From the NCBI GenBank assembly GCA_963696385.1, contig CAVOKF010000008.1:736001-800000 (forward strand): DNA of 64,000 bases, in the 5' to 3' direction. Shown here in pieces: positions 8,799 through 19,267 of the stretch. Position numbers and translations under genes: made by a program. Position 1 is the stretch's first letter; each line of letters begins with the position of its first letter. This DNA is from an uncultured delta proteobacterium (GTDB lineage Bacteria; Myxococcota_A; Polyangia; Polyangiales; Polyangiaceae). The notes under the pieces were generated by a model that was not told where the DNA came from, made no database searches, and saw only the letters and a program-made list of their open reading frames with translations.

Positions 8799-11700
8799 AT
8801 GATGCGTTTCGTATTATCGAACGAGGACATCGCCTTAGATCGTCCTAGGCCATACCCGGCTTTGCGGGCGCTGCTCGTCGGCATTTCGGGTTTGGTCATG
8901 CTGACCGGACCGGCATGCGGGCCGAAGTCGGGCGAGCCGAACGCGGCGTCCATCCAGTCGCCGATCGTAGGGGGCCTTGCGGACCCGAGGGTCGCAACGG
9001 CCGGGCAGATCGTGAACCGGTACACGTCTCTGACCCACGACGCGGCGGTCGGCGCGACGACGATTTCCGTTTTGGACGCCGGCGCACTGATGGCCGCTCC
9101 GGGCGATCTTCTATTCGTCGTACAAATGCAAGGCGCCGAGGTCGAAGGCAGCAATACGAGCGCATTCGGAACGGTCACGGCTCTGAACGGCGCGGGACTA
9201 TTCGAACTCGTCACGCTCGCGAGCGTGAACGGCACCACCCTCACGCTCGCCGCCGGGTGCGGTCTACGCAATGGCTATTCCGCTTCGGCCCATACCCAAG
9301 TCATTTGGGTGCCCCAATACGAATCGCTCTCGGTTTCGGCGTCCGGGTCGATCACCGCTCCGGCCTGGGACGGAACGACCGGTGGAGTGATCGTCATCGA
9401 AGCTCAGAGCGTCACGCTCGGCGGCTCGATCGACGCATCGGAGAAGGGGTTTCGGGGCGGCGCTCTCTCGGATTTCGCCCAAACCCCGCCTACGACCTCG
9501 TTTCAATACCGATCGCCCAATCCGCCGGACGGAGCCGAAAAGGGCGAGAGCATCGCCGGATACGAAGCCGACTATGACGCGCCCGCGATCGGGGGGCGGT
9601 ACAGCCTTGGCGCCATAGCCAACGGCGGCGGTGGCGGCGCGGCGCACAACGGAGGCGGGGGCGGCGGCGCCAACGGCAACGACGGAAATGGCTGGTCGGG
9701 GTTGGGCGTGATGCCCGCGACCGTCCCCGGTGCGAGCGCGTGGTTGCTCGACCCCGGCGCGGAGACCGACGCGGGTCTGGCGCACTCGTCGGGAGGCGGC
9801 CGCGGAGGATACAGCTTCAGCGAGAACGCCGAGGACCCGAACCGCGTCGCCCCCGGCGACGTGCGCTGGGGCGGCGACAATCGCCAGCTTCGGGGAGGCC
9901 TGGGTGGCCGGCCGCTCGCCAACGACGCGATGGCTCGACTGTTTCTCGGCGGCGGAGGTGGAGCCGGCAACGAGAACAACGGTTCGGGAGGCGCCGGCGC
10001 TCCCGGCGGCGGAATCGTGTACCTCATCGCCGGCGCCGTCAGCGGCAACGGGACGCTCCACGCCGACGGGGCTCCGGGCGCAAGCACGCCGAACGGCAAC
10101 GGCCTCGGCAACGATGCGCCGGGCGGCGGCGGCGGCGGCGGAAGCATCGTCGTCGCGGCTCCCTCGCTCGGAGCGGTGACCGCGACCGCGAACGGCGGCG
10201 CAGGCGGCAATCAATACATCGAGGGCTTCGGCAACGAAGCCGAAGGGCCCGGAGGAGGAGGAGGAGGGGGCTTCATTTCCGTCCCGACCGGCGCCGCGAC
10301 GACTCCAGCCGGCGGAGCCGGCGGAACGACCAACTCGCCGGCCCTCGCGAAGTTCCCGCGCAATGGCGCGACCGACGGTGCGGGCGGCACGCTTTCACCG
10401 CTCGGATCTTCGGTCGTGCCCCCGATGTGCATCGCCGCCGACCTTTCCGTCGCGATGAGCGACGGAGGTGGAACCGTCACGGCCGGGACGAACGTGGCGT
10501 TCACCATCACCGTCACGAACAACGGACCGAATCCCGTCGCCGGCGCGACGCTCGCCGACCCGTTCGGAGCCGCGTTCACCGGCGAGACTTGGACGTGCGC
10601 CGGCGCAGGCTGCCCTGCCGCGACGGGCGTGGGCAATCTGTCCGCGACGCTCGGACTGCTTGCACCCGGAGCGCAGGCGACGTTCACGGTCGTCGCCTCG
10701 GTATCGCCCGGCGCCACGGGGGTGCTGTCGAACACGGCAACGGTCGGCGCCCCCCCGGCGTCGTCGACGGTGTTCCCGGCAACAACACCGTGACGGTGAC
10801 GAACGCGTTGAACGCCGTCGCGGATGTCGGCGTCGCGCTCACCAGCGCCCCGCCGAGCGTCGCGGTCGGCGCGTCCTACAGCTACACGGTCAACGTGCAA
10901 AACTCCGGACCGAGTGCGGCATCGCAAATCCTCGCCACGCTCACGGTCCCCCAAGGCGCCACGCTCGGACCCATCCCGCCGTCGGACGCGGCGGGCGGAT
11001 GGACCTGCACCGTTGCAGCGGTCGGCCAGACCGTCACGTGCGTCCGTACGACACTCGCGCCGGGAGCGAACGTGCCCCTCACCTTCGACGTCACCGCGCC
11101 CTCGGATCCCGGTACCGCGACCGCGACCGCTACGGCATCCTCGGCGACCGATGATCCGACGGCGGCCAACAACACGGCAAGCTTGGTCATCCAAATCCTC
11201 TGTGTCCACGATGCGGACTGCGGCCCGAACGACTCGTGCACCGCGGCCGGCACGTGCGCACCGAATCCGGGCGGAGGCACGGCAGACGCCGGATCGGGCG
11301 ACGCTTCGGCCGACTCGGACGCTGCGTCGGATGGCGCCGCCGAGACTGCCGATGGCGGCGGTGGCCGAACGGACGGCGAAAGCGGCGTAGAGGCCGGCGG
11401 ATCGACCCTCGACGGATCGACCCTCGACGGATCGACCCTCGACGGATCGACCCTCGACGGATCGACCCTCGACGGATCGGCCCTCGACGGATCGGCCCTG
11501 GACGAACAGGAGGCCGCCGCCGCGACCGACACGGGCCTCTCGCCGAGCCCCAGCGAGACCGGCGATTCCGAGTCGGAGACGACCGATACGGGACGACTCG
11601 AAGGAGGCGGCATCTCGTGCAGCGCTGCGGCCGCTCCGCGCCGTGCCGGTGGCCCGCGCGGACTGTTCGCCGCGTTCGCGCTCATCGGTTTGTGGGCCGA

Positions 11701-11824
11701 GCGACGGCGCCGCGCCGCGCGTCAAGGTCGCGACATCGCGTCGGTCCACGGACGAACTGCCGGCGCGACGACCGCGACCGCGACCGCGACCCATCCTCGA
11801 CCGCAAGCGGCGCACCCGCTCTAG
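8799..11824 (+). pseudogene. Gly-rich DUF11-repeat surface protein with MYXO-CTERM anchor; frameshifted at C7 tract 10750-10756
   Basis: First frame: signal/lipobox-like GPAC, Gly-rich domain, DUF11 (ADLSVAM..FTITVTNNGP). After the C run the protein continues in another frame (PGVVDGVPGNNT, second DUF11, GGGISCSA..TM..RRRR). One extra C restores a single ORF. Confidence 0.8.
11399..11503 (+). repeat. 15-bp tandem repeat, 7 copies of GGATCG(A/G)CCCTCGAC, encoding GSTLD/GSALD
   Basis: Directly visible in the sequence and in the translation. Confidence 0.95.
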
Positions 11825-12372
11825 GGGGTCGGGCAGTATGCGGTGAAGCCGCCAGCGGGCGTCTCGACGCAGACCGCGATACACGACAGAAGTGGGTCGA
11901 TCGCGGCAAGGATGCACGGGCAGTCCGGTTCGTTGGCGCAGGCGCCCGGCATCGCCTGACAACCGATCTCGAGGCCCGATCGGCCTGCGACGGGACCGCA
12001 GCTTCCCGAGAATGGCGTAGCCCCTGTGCCCCCTCCGAAGCAGTACGTTCCCGACGCGCATGCGCACTGCGCACAGACCGCGAGCATGGCCGACGTGCCC
12101 GACGAGTAGCTCCCGTACGGCGCATCGACCTGCCCGAAAGGCGAATCTTCGCTGTAGGGGGCGTCTTGCATCGGGGACGGCGGAGCGAGTGACGCTTCGA
12201 CGTCCACGATCAGATCGTCGCCTTGGCCGATCGGCTTCGTGGTCCCATTGCAGGCGCAGACCAGAACCAAGACGGCCATGCCCGACCGCGCTACGGGGCG
12301 TGAATCGCTGGAGATCGGCCGCGCGGCGCGGATCGTCATCGTGACCACGAGCGGCCGGTGCCCATCGAACAT
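11821..12372 (-). CDS. Cys-rich hypothetical lipoprotein (true start probably downstream)
   Basis: VLVLVCAC lipobox-like segment; Cys-rich C-terminal domain. Confidence 0.65.
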   Translation of the reverse strand: MFDGHRPLVVTMTIRAARPISSDSRPVARSGMAVLVLVCACNGTTKPIGQGDDLIVDVEASLAPPSPMQDAPYSEDSPFGQVDAPYGSYSSGTSAMLAVCAQCACASGTYCFGGGTGATPFSGSCGPVAGRSGLEIGCQAMPGACANEPDCPCILAAIDPLLSCIAVCVETPAGGFTAYCPTP

Positions 12373-12440
12373 TACGCTAGCATTCCGCCCGCACGCGTGG
12401 ACGGCTCGCAGACGGCGACTACCCTCGCATCAACGCACAC

Positions 12441-13019
12441 ATGGCCGCCATTCGCCGCGCTTTGCCGGCCGAGGGGAATTCGAGTGGCGCCGATCCGGCG
12501 CACGGCGGGCGCCGCCCGCCGCCCCGCATCCAGCGAACCGCCGTCGTCGCGCTCGTGCCGGCGGCCATCGCCACCGCGATCGCTCTGGTCGGGCTTCGTC
12601 TTCGCTTTCAGCCGCCGACGGTCGCGACCTACGTCGGCGCGGACTCGAGCGGAAACGAAGTGGCGCTGCTGCCCGGGGGTCACTTCGAAGTCACCGTTCG
12701 CCCCGCCGAGCGGATCGAGGGAGCCGTCGGCGCTCGCGGATTTCTGCTTCGAGGCGATGACGTACGCCCGTGGGACCCGCCATTCACCGTCTCGCAGGAT
12801 GGCGCCGTGCGCATCTCGGGCCCGGTCGACACGCTGTTTGCGGGCGTGCCGCCGGGTCCATGGCAAGTCGCCGTCGCGGTAGGCCGGCCCGAGGTCCTTC
12901 CAACCGCACCGAACGACGTCCTCGGTGCCCGAGGCAACGGGCCAAGGCCCGCGGGCTGGCATCTGGTGATCGAGCGGGTTCGGCTCATCCCGAACGATGC
13001 CGGGTCGCCGGACCGATGA
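12441..13019 (+). CDS. Hypothetical single-TM protein
   Basis: One hydrophobic helix followed by a beta-rich domain. Confidence 0.65.
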   Translation: MAAIRRALPAEGNSSGADPAHGGRRPPPRIQRTAVVALVPAAIATAIALVGLRLRFQPPTVATYVGADSSGNEVALLPGGHFEVTVRPAERIEGAVGARGFLLRGDDVRPWDPPFTVSQDGAVRISGPVDTLFAGVPPGPWQVAVAVGRPEVLPTAPNDVLGARGNGPRPAGWHLVIERVRLIPNDAGSPDR

Positions 13020-13131
13020 CGGCGCGACGGCCGGAGAAGGATTTCCAGCCGCTTTACGGGCCCCGCGCCGGACCCACCCCACCCAGGGTGTCCCCGCTGG
13101 AGCGCGGTATGCCGCGTGGTATGCCTCGGCC

Positions 13132-14469
13132 ATGATCGGGACGACCGCGAGCCTTCGAACGCGCATGAGCGCCCACGACGCTCATTACGCCGGCGAGCTC
13201 GTCGACGGCGCGCGCATTCTCGCGTTGTTCGGAGATGCGGCAACGGAGCTTCTCATTCGCCTGGACGGCGACGAGGGACTCTTTCGAGCTTACGAATCGG
13301 TGGAGTTCCTGGCGCCAGTCTTCGCCGGCGACTACATCGAGGCGACGGCAGAGCTCGTCGCCATCGGCAACACGAGCCGCCAGATGCGCTTCGAGGCACG
13401 CAAGGTGATCGCGACCGCTCGCGCCAGCTGGGCCGTCGCCGACGGGCCGGCCAATCCCGCTCCCCCGAGCGCGGCGGACGTGCTCAACGACCCCATCGTC
13501 GTCGCCCGCGCCGTCGGAACGTGCGTGGTTCCGAAGGCTCTGCAACGGAGACCCCGAGAGCTTTACCTTCCGGGTCTTCCGGCAGGCCCCGCCCCGACAA
13601 CGGCGGCGGTAACGCCACCGCCGCCGGAATCCGTTTCGGGGACGGAGGTCATCCTCACGGCAGCCATCGTCGGGGCCGAGCTCACGCGTGCGCAGACACC
13701 GCACTTGCCGCTGACCGTGAGCGAGGTGGCGGACGAGGCGGCTCGCTGCCGAGAAGCGGGCGCCGCCATCATCCATCTGCACGTGCGGAGCGACGATGGC
13801 CGCAACACGCAATCCGCAGAGCGCTTTTCGCGCGTCATCGAAGCCATCCGCGGCACATGCGATTGCATCGTCCAAACGTCCACGGGCGGGGCCGTGGGGA
13901 TGTCGATCGACGAGCGCGCGAGCAGTCTCAAGTGCCGGCCCGAGATGGCGACGCTCAACTGCGGCACGATCAACTTCGGCGACGACGTCTTCATCAACAC
14001 CCGGCCGGACATTCGGCTCATGGCGTCCAGGATTCGCGCAGCCGGCGCCGTCCCCGAGCTCGAATGCTACGAAGTCGGCCACGTCGAGGAGGCGCTTTCG
14101 CTTCTCGCGCAGGGCTTGGTGTCGCCGCCGCTTCATTTGCAGTTCGTGCTGGGGGTCAAGGGGGCCATCCCGGCGCGCGAGGACGTCGTGCTATTTCTCC
14201 GATCGCTCGTTCCCCCGGGCGCGACCTGGGGCATCGCCGCGGTCGGGCAATTCCAGCAGCGCTTCACGGAGCTCGGAATGCGGCTTGGCGCCCATGCGCG
14301 CGTAGGGCTCGAGGACAACATCTATTGGTCCAAGGGTGTCCTGGCCGAAGGAAGTGCACCGCTCGTCGCGCGGGCGGCGGCCTATGCTCGATCGATCGGC
14401 CGGGACCCGGTCGACCCCGATCGGGCTCGAACGCTACTGGGTATCCTAGGCCCTCGAGAGACATGGTAG
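13132..14469 (+). CDS. kal-kce: Fusion of 3-aminobutyryl-CoA ammonia-lyase (Kal) and 3-keto-5-aminohexanoate cleavage enzyme (Kce)
   Basis: N-terminal [34 protein letters not shown] (Kal hot-dog); C-terminal GAE, IIHLHVR, QTSTGG, CGTINFG, RVGLEDN (Kce/DUF849); Pro-rich linker without a stop. Confidence 0.88.
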   Translation: MIGTTASLRTRMSAHDAHYAGELVDGARILALFGDAATELLIRLDGDEGLFRAYESVEFLAPVFAGDYIEATAELVAIGNTSRQMRFEARKVIATARASWAVADGPANPAPPSAADVLNDPIVVARAVGTCVVPKALQRRPRELYLPGLPAGPAPTTAAVTPPPPESVSGTEVILTAAIVGAELTRAQTPHLPLTVSEVADEAARCREAGAAIIHLHVRSDDGRNTQSAERFSRVIEAIRGTCDCIVQTSTGGAVGMSIDERASSLKCRPEMATLNCGTINFGDDVFINTRPDIRLMASRIRAAGAVPELECYEVGHVEEALSLLAQGLVSPPLHLQFVLGVKGAIPAREDVVLFLRSLVPPGATWGIAAVGQFQQRFTELGMRLGAHARVGLEDNIYWSKGVLAEGSAPLVARAAAYARSIGRDPVDPDRARTLLGILGPRETW

Positions 14470-15896
14470 CCACACTCACCCTCGTCGCCGACACGATGAC
14501 GCCCGTACGCGCCTACGCGGCGCTGCGGCACGCCGCGGGATCGGCGGCGTCGTTCTTGTTGGAGAGCGTCGTGGGAGGCGAGCGGTGGGGACGCTACTCG
14601 ATTCTCGGGTACCGGCCGAAGCACGAAATGACCCTGCGGGCCGACGGCCGATGGGTCGACGCCCGCGGGTTGCCGATCGAGAACATGTCCGCGCGCGATC
14701 CGCTCGAGGCCGCGCGCTCGGTCTTGCAGGCCAACCCCGTGGATCACGGACTGGAGGGGCCCGCCGCGCGCTTCGCGCAAGCCTACGTCGGGTACCTCGC
14801 GTGGGATCTGGTGCACGCCATCGAAAGGGTGCCCGGTTGGGCAGACCGCGCGACGGCGCCGCTCGCGCGATTCTTCGGCGGCGCGACGATCGTGGTCTTC
14901 GATGCGCTGAGTCACACCGTGACGATCGCCGCCGACGACGCGGCCGACGTCGCGCTCGCACGAACGCACCTCGAGGGGACGGTGACGCTCAATCCCCTGG
15001 CGCTGCCCGACCCTTCGAAGCTTCCGGCGGACGTGCAGGTCGATGTCGACGACGCGGCCTACATGCGCAAAGTCCGCCGCGCCCAGGAGTACATTGCCGC
15101 CGGCGACGCATTCCAGATCGTGCTGGCGCGCACGTTCAAGGTGCCGCGCGGCGGACGCGACCCCTTCGATGTCTATCGAGCGATGCGCGTGCTCAGCCCG
15201 AGCCCGTACATGTACTTTCTCGACCTGCCGCCGGCGCCGGGCGAGCGTGGCCGCACCCAGATTGCGGGCGCGAGCCCGGAGACCATGGTGCACCTCGAAC
15301 AGGGCATCATGACCCTGAGACCGATCGCCGGCACGCTGCCCCGGGGCCAAACGGTCGAGCAGGACACCGCTCGCGAACGCGAGCTTCTCGCCGACCCGAA
15401 GGAGCGTGCCGAGCATGTGATGCTCATCGACCTCGCACGAAACGACGTCGGCCGGGTGGCGGAGGTGGGGTCGGTCCGCGTCGTCCGACAGATGGAGATC
15501 GAGCGTTATTCGCACGTCATGCACATCGTGAGCGAGGTCACCGGACGCATCCCTTCGTCGACTCCACCTCTCGAGATCCTGCGAGCCTCATTCCCCGCAG
15601 GAACCCTGTCGGGTGCACCGAAGGTGCGCGCGATGCAAATCATTCGCGAACTCGAGTCGGGGCCTCGCGGCATCTACGGCGGCGCTATCGGCTACGTCGC
15701 CAAGAGCGGAGACCTCGATTTTGCGATCGCGATCCGGACCGCCGTGTGCCAAGGCGACGCATTTTTCGTTACGGCCGGTGCCGGAATCGTCGAAGGCAGC
15801 GACCCACAACGAGAAGCGGACGAAACCCGGAACAAAGCGAGAGGCGCTCTCTGCGCCATCGAATCGGTTCTTGTTTTGGCTCCCGGATCATCCTGA
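14463..15896 (+). CDS. trpE: Anthranilate synthase component I
   Basis: [71 protein letters not shown]. Confidence 0.93.
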   Translation: MVATLTLVADTMTPVRAYAALRHAAGSAASFLLESVVGGERWGRYSILGYRPKHEMTLRADGRWVDARGLPIENMSARDPLEAARSVLQANPVDHGLEGPAARFAQAYVGYLAWDLVHAIERVPGWADRATAPLARFFGGATIVVFDALSHTVTIAADDAADVALARTHLEGTVTLNPLALPDPSKLPADVQVDVDDAAYMRKVRRAQEYIAAGDAFQIVLARTFKVPRGGRDPFDVYRAMRVLSPSPYMYFLDLPPAPGERGRTQIAGASPETMVHLEQGIMTLRPIAGTLPRGQTVEQDTARERELLADPKERAEHVMLIDLARNDVGRVAEVGSVRVVRQMEIERYSHVMHIVSEVTGRIPSSTPPLEILRASFPAGTLSGAPKVRAMQIIRELESGPRGIYGGAIGYVAKSGDLDFAIAIRTAVCQGDAFFVTAGAGIVEGSDPQREADETRNKARGALCAIESVLVLAPGSS

Positions 15897-15995
15897 GCGC
15901 TTCGCTTGTTGATCCCGAGTCCCGGATCATCCTGAGCGCTTCGCTCCGCCTGTTGATCCCGAGTCCCGGATCATCCTGAGCGCTTCGCTCCGCCT
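15881..15995. repeat. Three tandem copies of TCCCGGATCATCCTGAGCGCTTCGCT
   Basis: Copies start at 15881, 15920 and 15964 with near-identical linkers (TGTTGATCCCGAG); the first copy contains the trpE stop codon. Confidence 0.92.
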
Positions 15996-16018
15996 CGACT
16001 CGCTACGCTCGCTCGGCT

Positions 16019-16170
16019 CCGCTCTCGCCGACCCGGCCCCCTCGACACGTCGAGGGGAGCGCTGCTCCCCTCGAGCGCCCCAGCCGGATTCGGGGCCCCG
16101 CTCTCGCCCACCTGGCCCCCTCGACACGTCGAGGGGAGCGCCGCTCCCCTCGAGCGCCCAGCCGGATTCG
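16019..16170. repeat. Two direct copies of a ~73-bp palindromic REP-like unit
   Basis: Copies at about 16019 and 16098, each with CCCCTCGA-CACG-TCGAGGGGAGC-GC(T/C)-GCTCCCCTCGA; lies between convergent genes. Confidence 0.88.
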
Positions 16171-16210
16171 AGAAGCTCGGGGCCCGGATCTGCGACTCCG
16201 TATCGCCCCA

Positions 16211-16771
16211 TCAATAAATCCGACCCCCTCGGCGAGCGTACTCGGCGATCACCTCGCGCGCCTCGTCGCGGCGCACGAGCCGCGTCACCGAGACGCCTCG
16301 ATCCTCGAGCACACGCATCCAATCCTCCGGTTTGGGGCCTTCGTCGAAGCCCGCCTCCTCGGCATCGGCGGTCGTGGCACCGCAGCACAGTCGATCGACG
16401 CCGGACCAGAAGATGGCACCGAAGCACTGGCAACACGGTTCGGCGCTCGTCACGAGCGAATGAGCGTCGGCCGATGCCGCGGACAAGCCGCGGCTCTGCT
16501 GCGCCCTCATCAAGGCTAGGATTTCCGCATGGGCGATGGAGAAGCCGCTATCCAAGACCCGGTTGACCGCGGCTGCCACGAGCTCTGGGCCCGCAAACAC
16601 GGCGGCTCCGAACGGTCCGCCCCCGCGCTCCACGTTGTGACGCGCGAGCGCGATGACCAGTGCCATTCGGGCATCGTCCGTCTCGAAGCGACCCGGGAAC
16701 GTGCCGACGACGTCGTCCACCCAACCCGGCACTCGGATGACGAGCAGCGCGTCGGGAGTCGGCTTCACCAA
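16211..16771 (-). CDS. Zn-dependent nucleoside/nucleobase deaminase (CDA fold, GuaD/TadA-like)
   Basis: GGPFGA, HAE, EPCCQC, GFDEG. Confidence 0.9.
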   Translation of the reverse strand: MVKPTPDALLVIRVPGWVDDVVGTFPGRFETDDARMALVIALARHNVERGGGPFGAAVFAGPELVAAAVNRVLDSGFSIAHAEILALMRAQQSRGLSAASADAHSLVTSAEPCCQCFGAIFWSGVDRLCCGATTADAEEAGFDEGPKPEDWMRVLEDRGVSVTRLVRRDEAREVIAEYARRGGRIY

Positions 16772-16862
16772 GAAGCACCCGCAAGACGCCCGCGACGGCC
16801 GCCGAACCCGCGCCGGCGGGTCGCCGCCGACGATGCGGCAACGTTGGGAGATAGGACCGAGT

Positions 16863-18491
16863 TCATTCCGGTCGCTCCTCGGCGTCGGTCGCGCGCTTCA
16901 CGCGGTAAATGTAGAAGTTCTCCTCCTCGATCATCGAGTCGTATTTCTCGGCGAGGCGCACCACCCGCGTTCCGTCGATGAGCGGAGGCAGCAGCGGCCG
17001 ATTCATCACGAGTACGACGTCCTGGCCGTGCGAAGCTCCGAACCGCTGCGCGAAGCCAATCGATTGTTCGTCGGTTGGTTCCCAGAGGCGGTCGGCGGTC
17101 CACTTCACGAACGAGAACGGACGGCCGGTTCGCGGACTGTACCCGATGGCACGGGGACCGAGCTGACCGAGCATCGCGGTCGCGGGAAAGTCGACCTCCG
17201 CGACAATGAGAGCATCGTCTAGGCCACGAGACCGCAATTCGTCGGCGGCGCGCTTGCCCGACGAGAAAACGTATCGGGCGTCGAAGGCGATCGCGATGGC
17301 GGCACCGGGAACCTGCAGGGCCAGCACGGCCAAAAGCGTCGGACCCAACGCACGGTCGCGCAGGGTCCGCCATCGTCCGGACTGCGCCGCTCGGGGCGCC
17401 TTGCCGGCTGCGATCCATGCCCCCATGAGGAATGCGACGAAGATGAAGCCATGGTGGCGAACGCTGCCCGAATAGACCTCCTTGAAGAGCAGCACGAGCA
17501 GCACCGTTGCGGTGCCGAAGAGAACGACAGCGAACCGATCGCGAGACAGAACGAAGCAGCCCCACGCGAAAAGCCCTATCGAAAGCGCGAAGCGAAGTCC
17601 CGCGATCGGAATCGCGTCGAGAAACGCATTCGAGTTCCAGAAGAAGAAGTTCGGCCTAGGGACGGCCATCAAGGCCGCGACGACGCGCGTCGGTGCGAAA
17701 TCCCATGGCATCTCGGGTGCGCGGCCCACGTGCGCCACCGTGGAATCGGACGGCGGCCACGCGCACAAGCCCGCGGCAACCGTGGCGCTGGCCGCAAGGG
17801 CCGCGATCGTAGCGGGCCGCGTCCAGCGCGATCGCGAATCGGAATCGGTGACCCCCCAGTCCACGACGAGCGCCACGCAATAGGCCACGACGACGAGCGT
17901 CGCGACGGTCGTCGTCAGCGCCATTGCCCCCAGCAAGCAACCGGTGAGAACGGGGCGCTCGAAGCGCCGCTCATGATTCGCGCAAAGGATCAGCGCAAAG
18001 AGGAGCGCGAGGCCGTAACAGCGGCTCAACGCAGCGTACTCGTAGGCCACGAAATAGCCGAACGCGAACAGTGCGCGCGGCGCCCGGCCGAACGGCGCGA
18101 AGCGCGCGATCACCAGCACGGCGGAGGTCGCAATCGCGACGTGCACCACGCGCATCAGTTCCGGGTGCCACGTGACTCGCGTCAGCAGCCAAAGCAGCCA
18201 GTACCAGAGCGGCGGCTGACCGTCGTACGCGCGCTCCCGGACCACTTGCCACGGCGTCGCGCTGTCTCTCGCAACGAGCCAGCAATGAAGTTCGTCTCGC
18301 CACATCTCGTGGGTGGCCGTCGCGAACGTCACGACCGCGAGGTGCAGCGCCGCGACGATGGCCGCAAACGCCCACGCGCTCGGGCCGGACCGATCGCAGC
18401 AGGCGCCGCCTCCGATAGGGACGGCCCACGCGCGCCCGAAGAGGCGACGAGCACCGTCGAGACGTCCGAGCGAGTGACGTTCGCCGCTCAA
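16863..18491 (-). CDS. Polytopic membrane protein, putative GT-C fold glycosyltransferase
   Basis: About 10 hydrophobic segments; HEMWRDE after TM1, YDGQPPLWY, SRCY; start overlaps the pdxJ stop. Confidence 0.65.
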   Translation of the reverse strand: MSGERHSLGRLDGARRLFGRAWAVPIGGGACCDRSGPSAWAFAAIVAALHLAVVTFATATHEMWRDELHCWLVARDSATPWQVVRERAYDGQPPLWYWLLWLLTRVTWHPELMRVVHVAIATSAVLVIARFAPFGRAPRALFAFGYFVAYEYAALSRCYGLALLFALILCANHERRFERPVLTGCLLGAMALTTTVATLVVVAYCVALVVDWGVTDSDSRSRWTRPATIAALAASATVAAGLCAWPPSDSTVAHVGRAPEMPWDFAPTRVVAALMAVPRPNFFFWNSNAFLDAIPIAGLRFALSIGLFAWGCFVLSRDRFAVVLFGTATVLLVLLFKEVYSGSVRHHGFIFVAFLMGAWIAAGKAPRAAQSGRWRTLRDRALGPTLLAVLALQVPGAAIAIAFDARYVFSSGKRAADELRSRGLDDALIVAEVDFPATAMLGQLGPRAIGYSPRTGRPFSFVKWTADRLWEPTDEQSIGFAQRFGASHGQDVVLVMNRPLLPPLIDGTRVVRLAEKYDSMIEEENFYIYRVKRATDAEERPE

Positions 18492-19222
18492 CGCCGTTGC
18501 AGGCCCCGCTCGATGGCCTGTCGGTAGGCACCGACGGCAGCCGGCAACCCGACGAACACGGCATCGCTCACGACGGCGTGGCCGATGTTCAGCTCGACGA
18601 TGTGCGGCAGACTGACGATGGCGGGGAGGTTGTCAACCGTCAGCCCGTGGCCGGCGGCGACCTCGAGTCCGAGCGCGTGTGCGTGTTTGGCGGCGGCCCC
18701 CAGTCGCGCGAGTTCGCCCTCTCGTCCGTGGGCGTACTCGCCCGTATGCAGCTCCACCTGGGCCGCGCGAAGCGCTCTGGACCGCTCGACCTGCGACGTG
18801 TCGGGCACGATGAACAGGCTGACTTTGATGCCGGCGCTTGCAAGGGCCTCGACCCTTCGCGACAGGGCGTCTCCGCCGCCGACAGCGTCGAGTCCCCCCT
18901 CCGTGGTTCGCTCCTGCCGCCGCTCGGGCACCAGCGTGCAGACATCGGGCCTCACGCGGAGGGCCACGGCGACCATCTCGTCGGTAGCGGCCATCTCCAG
19001 ATTGAACGTACTCCGCCCGAGCGTGAGGGCGAGCCGAAGCCGGTCGACGTCGTCGTCGCGGATGTGACGACGATCCTCGCGCAAGTGCGCCGTGATGCCG
19101 TCGGCCCCCGCCTGGACGCAGTCGGCCGCCGCGCGCACGGGGTCGGGGTACGACGTCCCGCGGACGTTGCGAAGCGTCGCAACGTGGTCGACGTTTACGT
19201 GCAATCGAACGTCCGTCCCCAT
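18488..19222 (-). CDS. pdxJ: Pyridoxine 5'-phosphate synthase
   Basis: VNVDHVATLR, ITAHLREDRRHI, NLEMA, TTEGG, ELHTG, AGHGL, ELNIGH. Confidence 0.97.
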   Translation of the reverse strand: MGTDVRLHVNVDHVATLRNVRGTSYPDPVRAAADCVQAGADGITAHLREDRRHIRDDDVDRLRLALTLGRSTFNLEMAATDEMVAVALRVRPDVCTLVPERRQERTTEGGLDAVGGGDALSRRVEALASAGIKVSLFIVPDTSQVERSRALRAAQVELHTGEYAHGREGELARLGAAAKHAHALGLEVAAGHGLTVDNLPAIVSLPHIVELNIGHAVVSDAVFVGLPAAVGAYRQAIERGLQRR

Positions 19223-19267
19223 GACGATCCTTGGATGGTTACGCCCCCATGCGGGCATCGGGCGAGT

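Noticed and set aside
8940..8980. IVGG motif suggesting a trypsin-like protease
   Set aside because: No His/Asp/GDSGG catalytic motifs follow; the protein is Gly-rich/DUF11
13116..14462. 926-aa TrpE with a long N-terminal extension
   Set aside because: Off-frame Arg-rich shadow of the Kal-Kce gene
15881..16170. Possible CRISPR array
   Set aside because: Linkers are only 13-18 bp and nearly identical, there are only three repeats, and no cas genes are present
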